Shown: one piece after another, positions 15,307 to 24,381 of the stretch
Layout: the number at the start of each line of letters is the position of its first letter
Position numbering within the stretch: the stretch's first letter is position 1
Assembly: GCF_900232105.1 (NCBI RefSeq)
Contig: NZ_LT934425.1
Coordinates: forward strand, 330,001-362,000
DNA: 32,000 bases
DNA from: Candidatus Kuenenia stuttgartensis
GTDB lineage: Bacteria; Planctomycetota; Brocadiia; Brocadiales; Brocadiaceae
Reading direction: 5' to 3'
Translations under genes and position numbers: made by a program
The notes under the pieces: model-generated
Told to the model about the DNA's origin: nothing
The model's database searches: none
What the model saw: the letters and a program-made list of their open reading frames with translations, nothing else

Positions 15307-17560
15307 CTTTATATTCTTCTCTGTCCGCAGAAGATGTTTGTAAATCCCATTCATCTAAAGTTAAATAAACCTCCCGAGCCTGACTGCCTTTATATTCCCC
15401 AACAATCCCCGCCTCCGCCATAAGCTCTATTAGTCTCGCAGCGCGGGAATACCCGATTTCCAATCTCCTTTGTAATAGAGAAACAGAACCTCTTTGAGTT
15501 TCCAATACGATTCTTACTGCCGCATCAAACAGTGGTTCGTTCTTATCATTATCAGAGATATCTTTCCATTTCTTCAATTCTTTGTTATATTTTGGTTCTG
15601 CATGCTTTCTAAGATAATCAACAACATCTTTAACCTCCTCTTCGCTTACATAAGCTCCCTGAACACGGACTAATTTGGAAGTCCCAGGCGGCGAAAAAAG
15701 CATGTCCCCGCTTCCCAATAATTTTTCAGCCCCATTTTGATCAAGTATTGTCCTGGAATCAACCTTTGATGATACATAGAATGATATCCTTGAGGGCATA
15801 TTTGATTTTATTAATCCGGTAATTACATCAACAGACGGTCTTTGTGTGGCAAGTATAAGATGTATCCCAACAGCACGTGATTTTTGTGAAAGACGGATCA
15901 CCGAAGATTCCACTTCTTTTGATGCAACCATCATTAAATCCGCCAGTTCGTCCACGACAATAACAATGTGTGGAAGGTGTAAAGGGATATCATCTAATTT
16001 AACGTCCTCTTCAGCATTTAGTCGTTTTTTTATCTCAGATACGGATAATTTGTTATACCCACTGATGTTTTTAACACCTACGCTGGCAAGTAACGCGTAT
16101 CGTTCTTCCATCTTATTCACCGCCCACTCAAGTACCGCAGCCGCCTTTTTCATATCTGTCACAACAGGGCTTATCAGGTGAGGTATTTCAGCGAACAATG
16201 AAAATTCAACCATTTTTGGATCTACCAACAGTAGCTGAACTTCATTTGGGAATCGGGTATACAAAATACTTAATATAATGGAATTCAGGCATATGGATTT
16301 ACCAGACCCGGTCGTACCGGCAATTAACAGATGCGGCATGGATGCCAAATCGGAGATAAGAGGTCTTCCGGCCACATCTTTCCCTATTAAAAGCGGAATG
16401 GCCATCTTTTTTTTCGCTTCATCAGCGACTTCCAGCAATTCCCTAAAAGTCACCTTCCTTCTATGTGCATTCGGGACTTCAATACCGATAGAAGACCTTC
16501 CTTCCAATGGCGCCACAATCCTTACACTTAGCGCTTTCAATGCAATTGCAAGGTCGTCAGAAAGCGCTATTACCTTTCCAACTTTCGTACCTGGGGCTAA
16601 TTCTATTTCGTACATTGTAACAACAGGACCTGTTTGTAAATCAACGATTTCAGAGTTTACATTGAATTGTGCAAGTGTGTCTCTTAATACATGCGCCCCC
16701 TGTGTAATATGATCTAAATCATCCTTGTGATGTCTTGCCGAAGGTTTTTCCAACAACTCAACTGACGGTAACTTATAACTATTCTCTCCATTGGCCTTAG
16801 TGAACGAAGGGGAAATATCAGTCTCGCCGCTTTCTTTGTATTTTTTCTCACCAAGGGATTCATTTATATCTTTCTTTATTTGCGGTTCATACCCTATTTC
16901 ACTTTCTTTTCGTTTCGATATTTCTCCAACATTCAGAAGCTTATTCTCCATCTTTTTTGGTGGCGATATCATTGCAGAAGTATTATTTTTCTCTTTTTTC
17001 AAAGGAGCTTTTCTTACCTCTTCCGGCTCTGGTTTTGTTTTAGGGGAACGTATAAATAAAGAAAATGGCGTTCGATTTGCCAAAAGCATTATTGAAATCA
17101 ACATACCGGATACTAAAATGATGGCAGTGCCGGTAATATTAAAGTATGTACATAGCCTCGAGGTAATTACCAGACCAAATATGCCTCCCAAATTCATTGA
17201 TAAAAGAGATTGTTTAAAAGTGCATACTGCAAGCGTTAAGAGTGGTGACAAGGTGAAAATTAAAAGAAAGGCTCCCAACAACTTTACACAGAAGTCTTTT
17301 ATCGTTCCACCGAAAAAAAACCGCAAACTAAACCATCCAAGAATAATTACTATTACATATGAAGCCTTGCCTAAGGTTTCCATGGCATATCCGGAAATTT
17401 GTGCGCCGGCTATACCACAAATATTAGCTATCGGGATGTTAGGCGGATAGTCTGCAAATGGCGGGTCATTATGAGAATAACTAATAAAACTTAATAAGAT
17501 GAATAACTTCGAGGCTAAAAAAGAAATCGCAATGACGCGACGTAAGCAAATAGAAAGCAT
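15299..17560 (-). CDS. ftsK: DNA translocase FtsK/SpoIIIE, 753 aa
   Basis: The N-terminus is a membrane domain. It is followed by a K/E/P-rich linker, Walker A LIAGTTGSGKSICLN, Walker B IVIVVDELADL and a C-terminal gamma winged helix (QRGSVSLLQRRLEIGYSRAARLIELMAEAGIVG). Confidence 0.95.
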   Translation of the reverse strand: MLSICLRRVIAISFLASKLFILLSFISYSHNDPPFADYPPNIPIANICGIAGAQISGYAMETLGKASYVIVIILGWFSLRFFFGGTIKDFCVKLLGAFLLIFTLSPLLTLAVCTFKQSLLSMNLGGIFGLVITSRLCTYFNITGTAIILVSGMLISIMLLANRTPFSLFIRSPKTKPEPEEVRKAPLKKEKNNTSAMISPPKKMENKLLNVGEISKRKESEIGYEPQIKKDINESLGEKKYKESGETDISPSFTKANGENSYKLPSVELLEKPSARHHKDDLDHITQGAHVLRDTLAQFNVNSEIVDLQTGPVVTMYEIELAPGTKVGKVIALSDDLAIALKALSVRIVAPLEGRSSIGIEVPNAHRRKVTFRELLEVADEAKKKMAIPLLIGKDVAGRPLISDLASMPHLLIAGTTGSGKSICLNSIILSILYTRFPNEVQLLLVDPKMVEFSLFAEIPHLISPVVTDMKKAAAVLEWAVNKMEERYALLASVGVKNISGYNKLSVSEIKKRLNAEEDVKLDDIPLHLPHIVIVVDELADLMMVASKEVESSVIRLSQKSRAVGIHLILATQRPSVDVITGLIKSNMPSRISFYVSSKVDSRTILDQNGAEKLLGSGDMLFSPPGTSKLVRVQGAYVSEEEVKDVVDYLRKHAEPKYNKELKKWKDISDNDKNEPLFDAAVRIVLETQRGSVSLLQRRLEIGYSRAARLIELMAEAGIVGEYKGSQAREVYLTLDEWDLQTSSADREEYKDD

Positions 17561-17717
17561 TTTATTACCATGATTATTGTTTTTTAGTACCTGATAATTT
17601 CGGAAATTCTTTTAATTCTAAAAACGTAATAAATCGTTTGTTATTCCTATCGGGGAGAGCGTACTCCGATTCCTCATGGTATTTCTCTTCAGTTGATACG
17701 GAAATTATTGAAAATAA

Positions 17718-18167
17718 CTAATGCCCTGTGTGACCAAAACCCCCTTCTCCACGGTTTGATTCTTCCAACTGGTCTACTTCTATCAATTCTGCCCTCACTA
17801 CTGGTTGAATTACCATTTGAGCAATTCTTAAACCACGTTTCACAACAAACGGTTCTTTTCCGAAATTACATAATATGATTCCGATTTCACCGCGGTAATC
17901 ACTATCTATTGTGCCTGGAGTGTTTAAAAGTGTTAGACCATGCTTCAATGCCAAACCGCTTCTTGGTCTTAACTGTGCCTCATATCCAAAGGGCAATTCA
18001 ATATATAGACCCGTAGGTACGAGTTTAATTTCACTGTGTTTCAATGTTAAATCGCTTTCAACGGCGGCATAAAGATCCATACCACTTGCCGCATCACTCA
18101 TGTATTGCGGCAATGGCAAGTCCTCCGTTCCCTGTTTTCTCTTTAATTTTACTCTGACCGTTTTCAC
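17718..18167 (-). CDS. dut: dUTP pyrophosphatase (trimeric dUTPase), 149 aa
   Basis: Motifs found: [34 protein letters not shown] and the C-terminal [10 protein letters not shown]. Confidence 0.95.
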   Translation of the reverse strand: MKTVRVKLKRKQGTEDLPLPQYMSDAASGMDLYAAVESDLTLKHSEIKLVPTGLYIELPFGYEAQLRPRSGLALKHGLTLLNTPGTIDSDYRGEIGIILCNFGKEPFVVKRGLRIAQMVIQPVVRAELIEVDQLEESNRGEGGFGHTGH

Positions 18168-18172
18168 AGCAT

Positions 18173-18715
18173 TTATTTGTTTTTAAGTGTTTCTAATATT
18201 ACAGAAACTATCATTTCGTTTGAAGCGAGTCTTCCCTTTCCCATCTTCCCTGTACACAAACGACCTTCTTCCGGTTCAATAATTATATAACCATGCTCTT
18301 TTAATTTTTTAATATTTTGCTGCACTATTGGGTTTAAATACATGCTATCATTCATTGCCGGAGCGATAATTACAGGGGTTTTCGCGGCCATAACCGTACA
18401 GGTTAATGCATCATCAGCAATTCCGGCAGCCACTTTTCCAATAAAATTTGCCGTAGCAGGAGCTACTACAATTAAATCTGCTCTCTCCGCCAGAGACACA
18501 TGACTAGGATTATAATTTTCATTTTCGACAAACAAATCTGTAATGACATTTTTTTGGGAAATGGAACGAAACGTTACCGGATGTACAAAACGCTGCGCAT
18601 TATACGTCATTACCACAAACACGGTGCTGCCTCTTTTGACCAAGCCCGATACAATTTCAACCGCCTTATAAGCAGCAATGCTTCCTGTCACCCCAACAAC
18701 TATACAATTATGCAT
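18173..18715 (-). CDS. coaC: Phosphopantothenoylcysteine decarboxylase-type flavoprotein (CoaC domain only, HFCD family), 180 aa
   Basis: Motifs found: [19 protein letters not shown] (FMN-binding opening), [29 protein letters not shown] and [15 protein letters not shown] (substrate clamp with Cys). No CoaB (CTP-ligase) half follows, because dut starts 5 nt downstream. Confidence 0.8.
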   Translation of the reverse strand: MHNCIVVGVTGSIAAYKAVEIVSGLVKRGSTVFVVMTYNAQRFVHPVTFRSISQKNVITDLFVENENYNPSHVSLAERADLIVVAPATANFIGKVAAGIADDALTCTVMAAKTPVIIAPAMNDSMYLNPIVQQNIKKLKEHGYIIIEPEEGRLCTGKMGKGRLASNEMIVSVILETLKNK

Positions 18716-18717
18716 AA

Positions 18718-19263
18718 TTACGCTATATACAAAATGTTACGAATTGCATTGACGGTTGCGTCCAAATCATCATTTACAACGCAATAGTCATATTTATCTT
18801 TGTATTCCAGTTCTTTTTCCGCCATTTTAAGGCGATTCACCAGGTCTTGTGCCTTATCGGTATTTCTGTTAATCAGGCGTTGGCTCAAGGTTACATTATT
18901 CGGCGGCAATAAGAAAATTAAAATGGCCTCAGGAAATTTTTCTTTTATTTGCAAAGCCCCCTGCACATCGATTTCCAGAAGATAAAAAATGTCCTTTTTG
19001 GTTGCCTCCTGCAGTGGTTTTAGAGGTGTGCCGTAATTGTAGCCGCAATATTCTGCGTATTCGGCAAATTCACCATTTTTGATCATTTCCATAAACTTCT
19101 CTTTAGAAACAAAATGATATGATTCGCCGTCTTTCTCGTTGTTTCTGGGTGAGCGTGTCGTTACCGAAATTGATTCTTCGACATGCGCCTGTTGCTTCAA
19201 TATTTTGCAAACCGTTGTTTTGCCAGACCCTGAAGGCCCTGAAATAATTACAATTTTCCCCAT
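18718..19263 (-). CDS. gmk: Guanylate kinase, 181 aa
   Basis: The P-loop is ISGPSGSGKTT. The GMP-binding region is SVTTRSPRNNEKDGESYHFVS, followed by YGT and LEIDVQGA. Confidence 0.93.
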   Translation of the reverse strand: MGKIVIISGPSGSGKTTVCKILKQQAHVEESISVTTRSPRNNEKDGESYHFVSKEKFMEMIKNGEFAEYAEYCGYNYGTPLKPLQEATKKDIFYLLEIDVQGALQIKEKFPEAILIFLLPPNNVTLSQRLINRNTDKAQDLVNRLKMAEKELEYKDKYDYCVVNDDLDATVNAIRNILYIA

Positions 19264-19326
19264 TAAAATATGCTTATGCCGGCAAACAGATTAAAATATT
19301 TATTGTTTCTCATTATAACAATTCCC

Positions 19327-20211
19327 TTATTCAATATTAAATGCCTGCTCACGGATTTTCTCAATTTCCATTTTAATATCAATAAGGTCTTTCAACAATA
19401 CTGTATCGTTAGCTTTAGAACACATCGTATTTGTCTCACGAAACATTTCCTGAATAATAAAATCAAGTTTCCTACCAATAGATTCATTAGAATCTAATGT
19501 CTCCTGCAACTGATGTATATGACTTTTAAGTCTGTTTATTTCTTCTGCAATATCGCTTCTCTCTGCAAATATGGCGACTTCACGACATAAATTACTATCT
19601 GTAAGTTCAACGTTGGTTTCAGAAAGCAGGAATGCTACCCTGCTGTGCAGCCGTTTTGCATATTCCTGAATTATTAATGGTAATCGTTCCTCGAATTTAT
19701 CCATCATTGACACGATAAAATCTTTTCTCTGTAATATATCTTTTTTTATATGACTCCCTTCGGTTATGCGCATTTCTGATAATTTTTCCAGAGCCTCGTT
19801 AATAAGAGTATGACAAATACTCAATAACGATTCAGCGTCATTCGCATCATCCTTGTTTTTTTGTAAAACTCCAGGCAATTGTACTAACGAATTGATTGAA
19901 ATTTCATCAGTACATTTGATTTTTCCTTTAAGCTCGTTTATTAAACGATAATACTCCTCTATCTTCTCCGTATTTAATGTAAAATCATTCTCTTGCCGAA
20001 ACGATTTATAGTTCAGCGATAAAACAACAGAACCCCGAACAATTTTTTTCCTTATAGCCCGATCAAACTCACTTTCAAAAGACTGAAATTGTTCCGGCAA
20101 ACGTGTATTTATTTTTAAGAATTTATTGTTCTCAGAGCGGATTTCCACACGCATCGAACCCCTATCATCATTGTATTCAGCAATTCCAAATCCGGTCATA
20201 CTCTTAAGCAT
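19327..20211 (-). CDS. yicC: YicC-family protein (stress-induced; reported endoribonuclease family), 294 aa
   Basis: The N-terminus reads MLKSMTGFG and the C-terminus has the conserved GRKLDFIIQEMFRETNTMCSKAND. The gene occupies the conserved yicC-gmk neighbourhood. Confidence 0.88.
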   Translation of the reverse strand: MLKSMTGFGIAEYNDDRGSMRVEIRSENNKFLKINTRLPEQFQSFESEFDRAIRKKIVRGSVVLSLNYKSFRQENDFTLNTEKIEEYYRLINELKGKIKCTDEISINSLVQLPGVLQKNKDDANDAESLLSICHTLINEALEKLSEMRITEGSHIKKDILQRKDFIVSMMDKFEERLPLIIQEYAKRLHSRVAFLLSETNVELTDSNLCREVAIFAERSDIAEEINRLKSHIHQLQETLDSNESIGRKLDFIIQEMFRETNTMCSKANDTVLLKDLIDIKMEIEKIREQAFNIE

Positions 20212-20406
20212 AATAAGGCTCCATATCTATACCTACGGACTCTCAGACTATCATTTCTTTGCATTTTTGTTTCATCACCATATTTAATAATTGTTTATTT
20301 AACATTGTTTTGCCTCACGGTAATCCATCTATTACATTGTCAAAGAGACTTTTAGGCACACCCTTAGCCCGGCATTTTCAACATTGTTCTCGCCTTCATA
20401 CGTGCA

Positions 20407-20805
20407 TTAATCATGATCACAATCTTCACTGTGTTCATGTTCCTGCGGTTCCTGCGGTTCCCGATGTTCATGTGTCATCATTGTTCCTAAATCTCCGGTA
20501 GGCGAAGAAAGTTTAAACAAGAAAATTGTTGCAACAATAAAGGCGGCGCCAATCAGATAGGTAACTTGCGTAAGAAACGAGCTTGTTCTTGTGCCAAAAG
20601 CGGACTGATCGCCCAAACCTCCAATAGCAGCCAACCCCCCTCCTTTTCCGGACTGCAATAATATTGCACCAATTAAAAATACGCATAAAATTGGCAATGT
20701 TATTTTCAATGCAACAATCCAATTTAAAAAAAAGAATGCATTCAGCGTGCCAAAGATAACAACAATAGCAAGCCCCCATTTAAACGCCTTTTCCGCCTTA
20801 ATCAT
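20407..20805 (-). CDS. secG: Preprotein translocase subunit SecG with a His/acid-rich C-terminal extension, 132 aa
   Basis: The SecG core is ILLQSGKGGGLAAIGGLGDQSAFGTRTSSFLTQVTYLIGAAFIV. The gene lies downstream of tpiA, a conserved pairing. The tail is MMTHEHREPQEPQEHEHSEDCDHD. Confidence 0.85.
   Translation of the reverse strand: MIKAEKAFKWGLAIVVIFGTLNAFFFLNWIVALKITLPILCVFLIGAILLQSGKGGGLAAIGGLGDQSAFGTRTSSFLTQVTYLIGAAFIVATIFLFKLSSPTGDLGTMMTHEHREPQEPQEHEHSEDCDHD
20439..20461. repeat. Short in-frame tandem repeat inside the secG tail
   Basis: The sequence gttcctgcg gttcctgcg gttcc is a 9-nt unit repeated 2.5 times. It encodes EPQEPQE on the minus strand. Confidence 0.9.
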
Positions 20806-20844
20806 CTAACTCTCCTACCTATTCATAAAAATCACACTATCAAA

Positions 20845-21630
20845 CTAAAAATCAACACCCTGTACAACTTCAATAATTGTTAAAAAAGATTCTAATTCAA
20901 GGCTGGCACCGCCAACCAAAAGACCGTCAATTTCCGGCTGATGTATCAATGCTTCAGTATTATCTGCTTTTACGCTCCCTCCATAGATAATACTCAACTT
21001 CTTTGCAATATCTTTACCATAGTCTTCAGATAAAATAGTCCTGATAAAGGAATGAACTTCGTTTGCCTGTTCAGGAGAAGCCGTTCTGCCAGTGCCAATC
21101 GCCCAAACCGGCTCATACGCAATGATAATGCATTTTATTAATTCAATGCCAACACCACGCAATCCATTTTTAAGCTGCCGAAGAACGATATCTTTTGTAT
21201 TCCCGGCCTCTCGTTCTTCCAACGTCTCACCAATACAAAGTATTGGAACTAATTCAAAGGATATGGCTTTTTTGATTTTATCATTTATGAAGAAATCGTC
21301 TTCTCCAAAAATATGTCTTCTCTCTGAATGGCCAACAAGTACATGAGAACACCCGACTTCCTTTAACATTGGAGCGGCAATTTCACCTGTAAATGCCCCA
21401 CTGGCTTCACTGTGCATATTTTGAGCCGAAACGCAAATCGTACTGCCCTCCAAAATGGCACAAATATCTTTGAGGAAAACGTAAGGCGGACAAATACCGC
21501 ACATAATCCAGGTTTTCCCCGCTATAGCCGCTTTTAAAGACCTGGCATATTGAACCCCCTCTTTCAGGGATTTATTCATCTTCCAATTGCCCAGAATAAT
21601 CGGTCTTTTTTTTTGGTTGTCTGAATTCAA
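20845..21630 (-). CDS. tpiA: Triosephosphate isomerase, 261 aa
   Basis: Motifs found: GNWKMN, VGHSERR, AYEPVWAIGTG and YGGSV. Confidence 0.95.
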   Translation of the reverse strand: MNSDNQKKRPIILGNWKMNKSLKEGVQYARSLKAAIAGKTWIMCGICPPYVFLKDICAILEGSTICVSAQNMHSEASGAFTGEIAAPMLKEVGCSHVLVGHSERRHIFGEDDFFINDKIKKAISFELVPILCIGETLEEREAGNTKDIVLRQLKNGLRGVGIELIKCIIIAYEPVWAIGTGRTASPEQANEVHSFIRTILSEDYGKDIAKKLSIIYGGSVKADNTEALIHQPEIDGLLVGGASLELESFLTIIEVVQGVDF

Positions 21631-21636
21631 TGCCTC

Positions 21637-22716
21637 TTAATCTCCTTTTGGAAAAGAGCCGAGAATCTTAACATCAAAACATTTTTTTGATATCTCTTCA
21701 AGTGCTTTTTGAACATTCTGGTCTGATACATGTCCATCAAAATCCAAATAAAAGCAATATTCCCATGCCTTTTTTCGCGTAGGCAGTGATTCTATATTCG
21801 TGAGATTGATGCTGTACGATTTAAATGGGCCTAAGATTTCTACCAATGCCCCGGAACGATTTTTAACGTAACACATTATCGCTGTTTTGTCCTTTCCGCT
21901 GGGGCCGCTATATTCTTTGCCGAGGACAAAAAACCTTGTCGTATTGCTCGGGTCGTCTTCAATATTTTCAAAAAGAATCTTTAATCCATATTTGTGAGAA
22001 ATCTCAGAGTTGCCAATCACGGCAAAACACCTGCCTTCCTCCGACTTTTGAGCACCTGCAACTATTCTTGCAGCCTCTGCGCTACTACTTACCTCAATAA
22101 GTTCAATGCAAGGAATGTTAACCGCCAACCAATTTTTACACTGTGTTAATATTTGTGGTTTCGAAAATACCTTTCTGATTTCTTCTTTTTTGCAATTTGC
22201 CATCAAATAATGATGGATTGGCAAAATTATTTCAGAACATACCTTTACATCATGTTTTACAAACATATTCAATGTTTCACGAATGCCACCTTCAATGGTA
22301 TTCTCAACGGGAACAATGCCATAATCACATCTATTGCCGGCTACATCACTGAAAACACACTCTATGCCCCTTGCCGGGATGTACTCAACAGACGAACCAA
22401 ATTTCTGTTTTGCGGCAAAATAACTAAACGTTCCTTCAGGGCCGAGATAAGAAACCCTAATAGCCTTCTCTAACACCAAAGAACCTGCCATTAATTCACG
22501 GTATATAGCTTTTAAGCATTCATTAGATAAAGGCCCCTTATTTTTTGATGTAATTCGTAGGTAAACTTCCTGCTCTCTATTAGGAACGTAAACCTGTGAA
22601 CGATTTTGTTGTTTAATTTCTCCAATCTTTAAAACGAATTTTGCTCTTTCGTTGAGTAAATCTACAATCTTCTCATCAATTATGTCAATTTCGTTCCTTA
22701 AATCATCGATACTCAT
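21637..22716 (-). CDS. pheA: Bifunctional chorismate mutase / prephenate dehydratase (P-protein) with a C-terminal ACT domain, 359 aa
   Basis: The N-terminus is an AroQ-type CM helix (LRNEIDIIDEKIVDLLNERAKFVLKIGEIK). The PDT domain has VSYLGPEGTFS and NTTRFFVLG. The ACT region has NIESLPTRK in place of the usual ESRP. Confidence 0.9.
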   Translation of the reverse strand: MSIDDLRNEIDIIDEKIVDLLNERAKFVLKIGEIKQQNRSQVYVPNREQEVYLRITSKNKGPLSNECLKAIYRELMAGSLVLEKAIRVSYLGPEGTFSYFAAKQKFGSSVEYIPARGIECVFSDVAGNRCDYGIVPVENTIEGGIRETLNMFVKHDVKVCSEIILPIHHYLMANCKKEEIRKVFSKPQILTQCKNWLAVNIPCIELIEVSSSAEAARIVAGAQKSEEGRCFAVIGNSEISHKYGLKILFENIEDDPSNTTRFFVLGKEYSGPSGKDKTAIMCYVKNRSGALVEILGPFKSYSINLTNIESLPTRKKAWEYCFYLDFDGHVSDQNVQKALEEISKKCFDVKILGSFPKGD

Positions 22717-22856
22717 GTCTATTTTAACCAGTCAGCAAATAGTAATTATTTAAGGTTAGTCGTTGATAACAAAGCATTTATAGGTAAAATTTCAACTAAA
22801 TTTATCACAATTCCTCAAGAGAGTCAATAAAATTAAGTCATTTGAAGTTTTTTTAA

Positions 22857-22884
22857 TTGACTGTAGACGAAACATTGTTAAAAT
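22857..22884 (+). promoter_or_regulatory. Candidate sigma-70-type promoter upstream of the NYN-rnc pair
   Basis: The pattern is TTGACT (22857-22862), a 16-nt spacer, then TAAAAT (22879-22884), ~210 nt upstream of 23093. The region is AT-rich, so specificity is low. Confidence 0.25.
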
Positions 22885-23092
22885 CATTAAAATAAAATTT
22901 ATTTTTGCTCTAATATTTTGCATTTAGGCATGTTATGATGTAAAACGATAACGATGCCATCGTTCTTTTAAATACTATTTTTACGATTGATTTATTATTT
23001 TCCTACCTGAGCTTCAATATCATTATCTTACGTTTTTAAGTATTTGTATTATATGAATTTATATTAACCTGTTCAGAAAGGATTGTATACTT

Positions 23093-23626
23093 ATGGCAGT
23101 AGGAAAAATAGGCAACTCTCCGCAAAGGATTGGGGTCTTCGTTGATGTTCAAAATATGTTTTATTCCGCAAAGGCGTTACATCAGTCTAAGATTGATTAT
23201 AGTAAACTTTTATTAGAGATCGTTGGTGGTAGAAATTTAGTACGGGCAATAGCTTATATCGTACAGAAACCGGATGTGGACCAATCCAGTTTTACAGACG
23301 CTTTGTGCCGATTAGGGTATGAGATCAAAACGAAGGACCTGCGACTGAGGCCTGACGGCACCGCAAAAGGTGATTGGGACATGGGTATTGCAATTGATAC
23401 AATTTCAATTGCATCCAAACTGGACACAGTTGTATTGGTTACTGGTGATGGGGATTTTGTACCACTGGTAGAGCTATTGAAATACCATGGTTGTAGGGTT
23501 GAAACTGTTTCTTTTCGACGTAGTACCGCCATAGAACTCATCAATGTTTCTACAAAATATACCGCTATAGAAGAATCTATGCTATTTAAGGAAAAAAAGT
23601 TTCAAAAAAATGATACTGCAAACTAA
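23093..23626 (+). CDS. NYN-domain (LabA/DUF88-like, PIN-like fold) putative ribonuclease, 177 aa
   Basis: Motifs found: RIGVFVDVQNMFYSA (first acidic motif), DMGIAIDTISIA, and VVLVTGDGDFVPLVELLKYHGCRVETVSF (the typical SGDgDF motif region). Confidence 0.8.
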   Translation: MAVGKIGNSPQRIGVFVDVQNMFYSAKALHQSKIDYSKLLLEIVGGRNLVRAIAYIVQKPDVDQSSFTDALCRLGYEIKTKDLRLRPDGTAKGDWDMGIAIDTISIASKLDTVVLVTGDGDFVPLVELLKYHGCRVETVSFRRSTAIELINVSTKYTAIEESMLFKEKKFQKNDTAN

Positions 23627-24323
23627 CTCTCAAACAAACCCGGAAAAATTTATTGCATGCCAGAACATTATTGGCTATTCTTTTAAAAAAATGTTGTTAC
23701 TAGAAAAGGCATTGACGCATACATCATGCCGGGTTGAGAATAATTTTTCAAACGAGCGGTTAGAATTCCTTGGCGATGCAGTATTAGGTATGATTATTTC
23801 CGACTATCTTTACAAAACAATGCCGCATTATAGCGAAGGAGAGTTGACAAATGTAAAGTCTGTTGTTGTAAGCCAATCAACATTGGCAAAAGTTGGCATG
23901 GAGGCCGGCTTAAAAGAATTTCTTTTAGTGGGAAGAGGATTAAACGACAGGGACCTTTTTCCGAAATCTTTGCTCGCAAATGTTTTTGAAGCTTTAATTG
24001 CAGCAATTTATATTGATGGAGGCATAGAAGCCGCCAGTGAGTTTACCTTAAGATATTTAAAAAAAGAAATAGATCTCGTATGTAAAAACCAGCACAAAAA
24101 AAATTACAAATCGATATTGCAACAATACAGTCAAAAAGAATATGGTATTACCCCAACTTACCGGTTATTGCAACAAATAGGGCCAGACCATGGCAAATCC
24201 TTCGAAATAGTGGTGTCAATTAAGGGGAGTGAATATGGCCGGGGATGGGGAAAAAGCAAAAAAGAAGCAGAACAATCTGCCGCGAAAGAAGCCTTGAAAA
24301 TATTAACACCCGATTCAAATTAA
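23610..24323 (+). CDS. rnc: Ribonuclease III, 237 aa
   Basis: The RNase III signature is NERLEFLGDAVLG. The protein also has FEALIAAIYIDGG and a C-terminal dsRBD (GPDHGKSFEIVVSIKG...GKSKKEAEQSAAKEALKIL). The start overlaps the NYN gene by 17 nt. Confidence 0.95.
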   Translation: MILQTNSQTNPEKFIACQNIIGYSFKKMLLLEKALTHTSCRVENNFSNERLEFLGDAVLGMIISDYLYKTMPHYSEGELTNVKSVVVSQSTLAKVGMEAGLKEFLLVGRGLNDRDLFPKSLLANVFEALIAAIYIDGGIEAASEFTLRYLKKEIDLVCKNQHKKNYKSILQQYSQKEYGITPTYRLLQQIGPDHGKSFEIVVSIKGSEYGRGWGKSKKEAEQSAAKEALKILTPDSN

Positions 24324-24381
24324 ATCTTCTGCGTGTAACTAAATGATTCTCTTTATTTTAAACAATTAACGGAGGTAATTT

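Noticed and set aside
15846-17450. + strand ORFs of 111, 144 and 219 aa inside ftsK, and similar antisense ORFs inside glgP, rimO, motA and feoB
   Set aside because: Each is fully contained in a strongly supported gene on the opposite strand. Their Ser/Phe/Ile-rich composition is typical of antisense translation of AT-rich genes.
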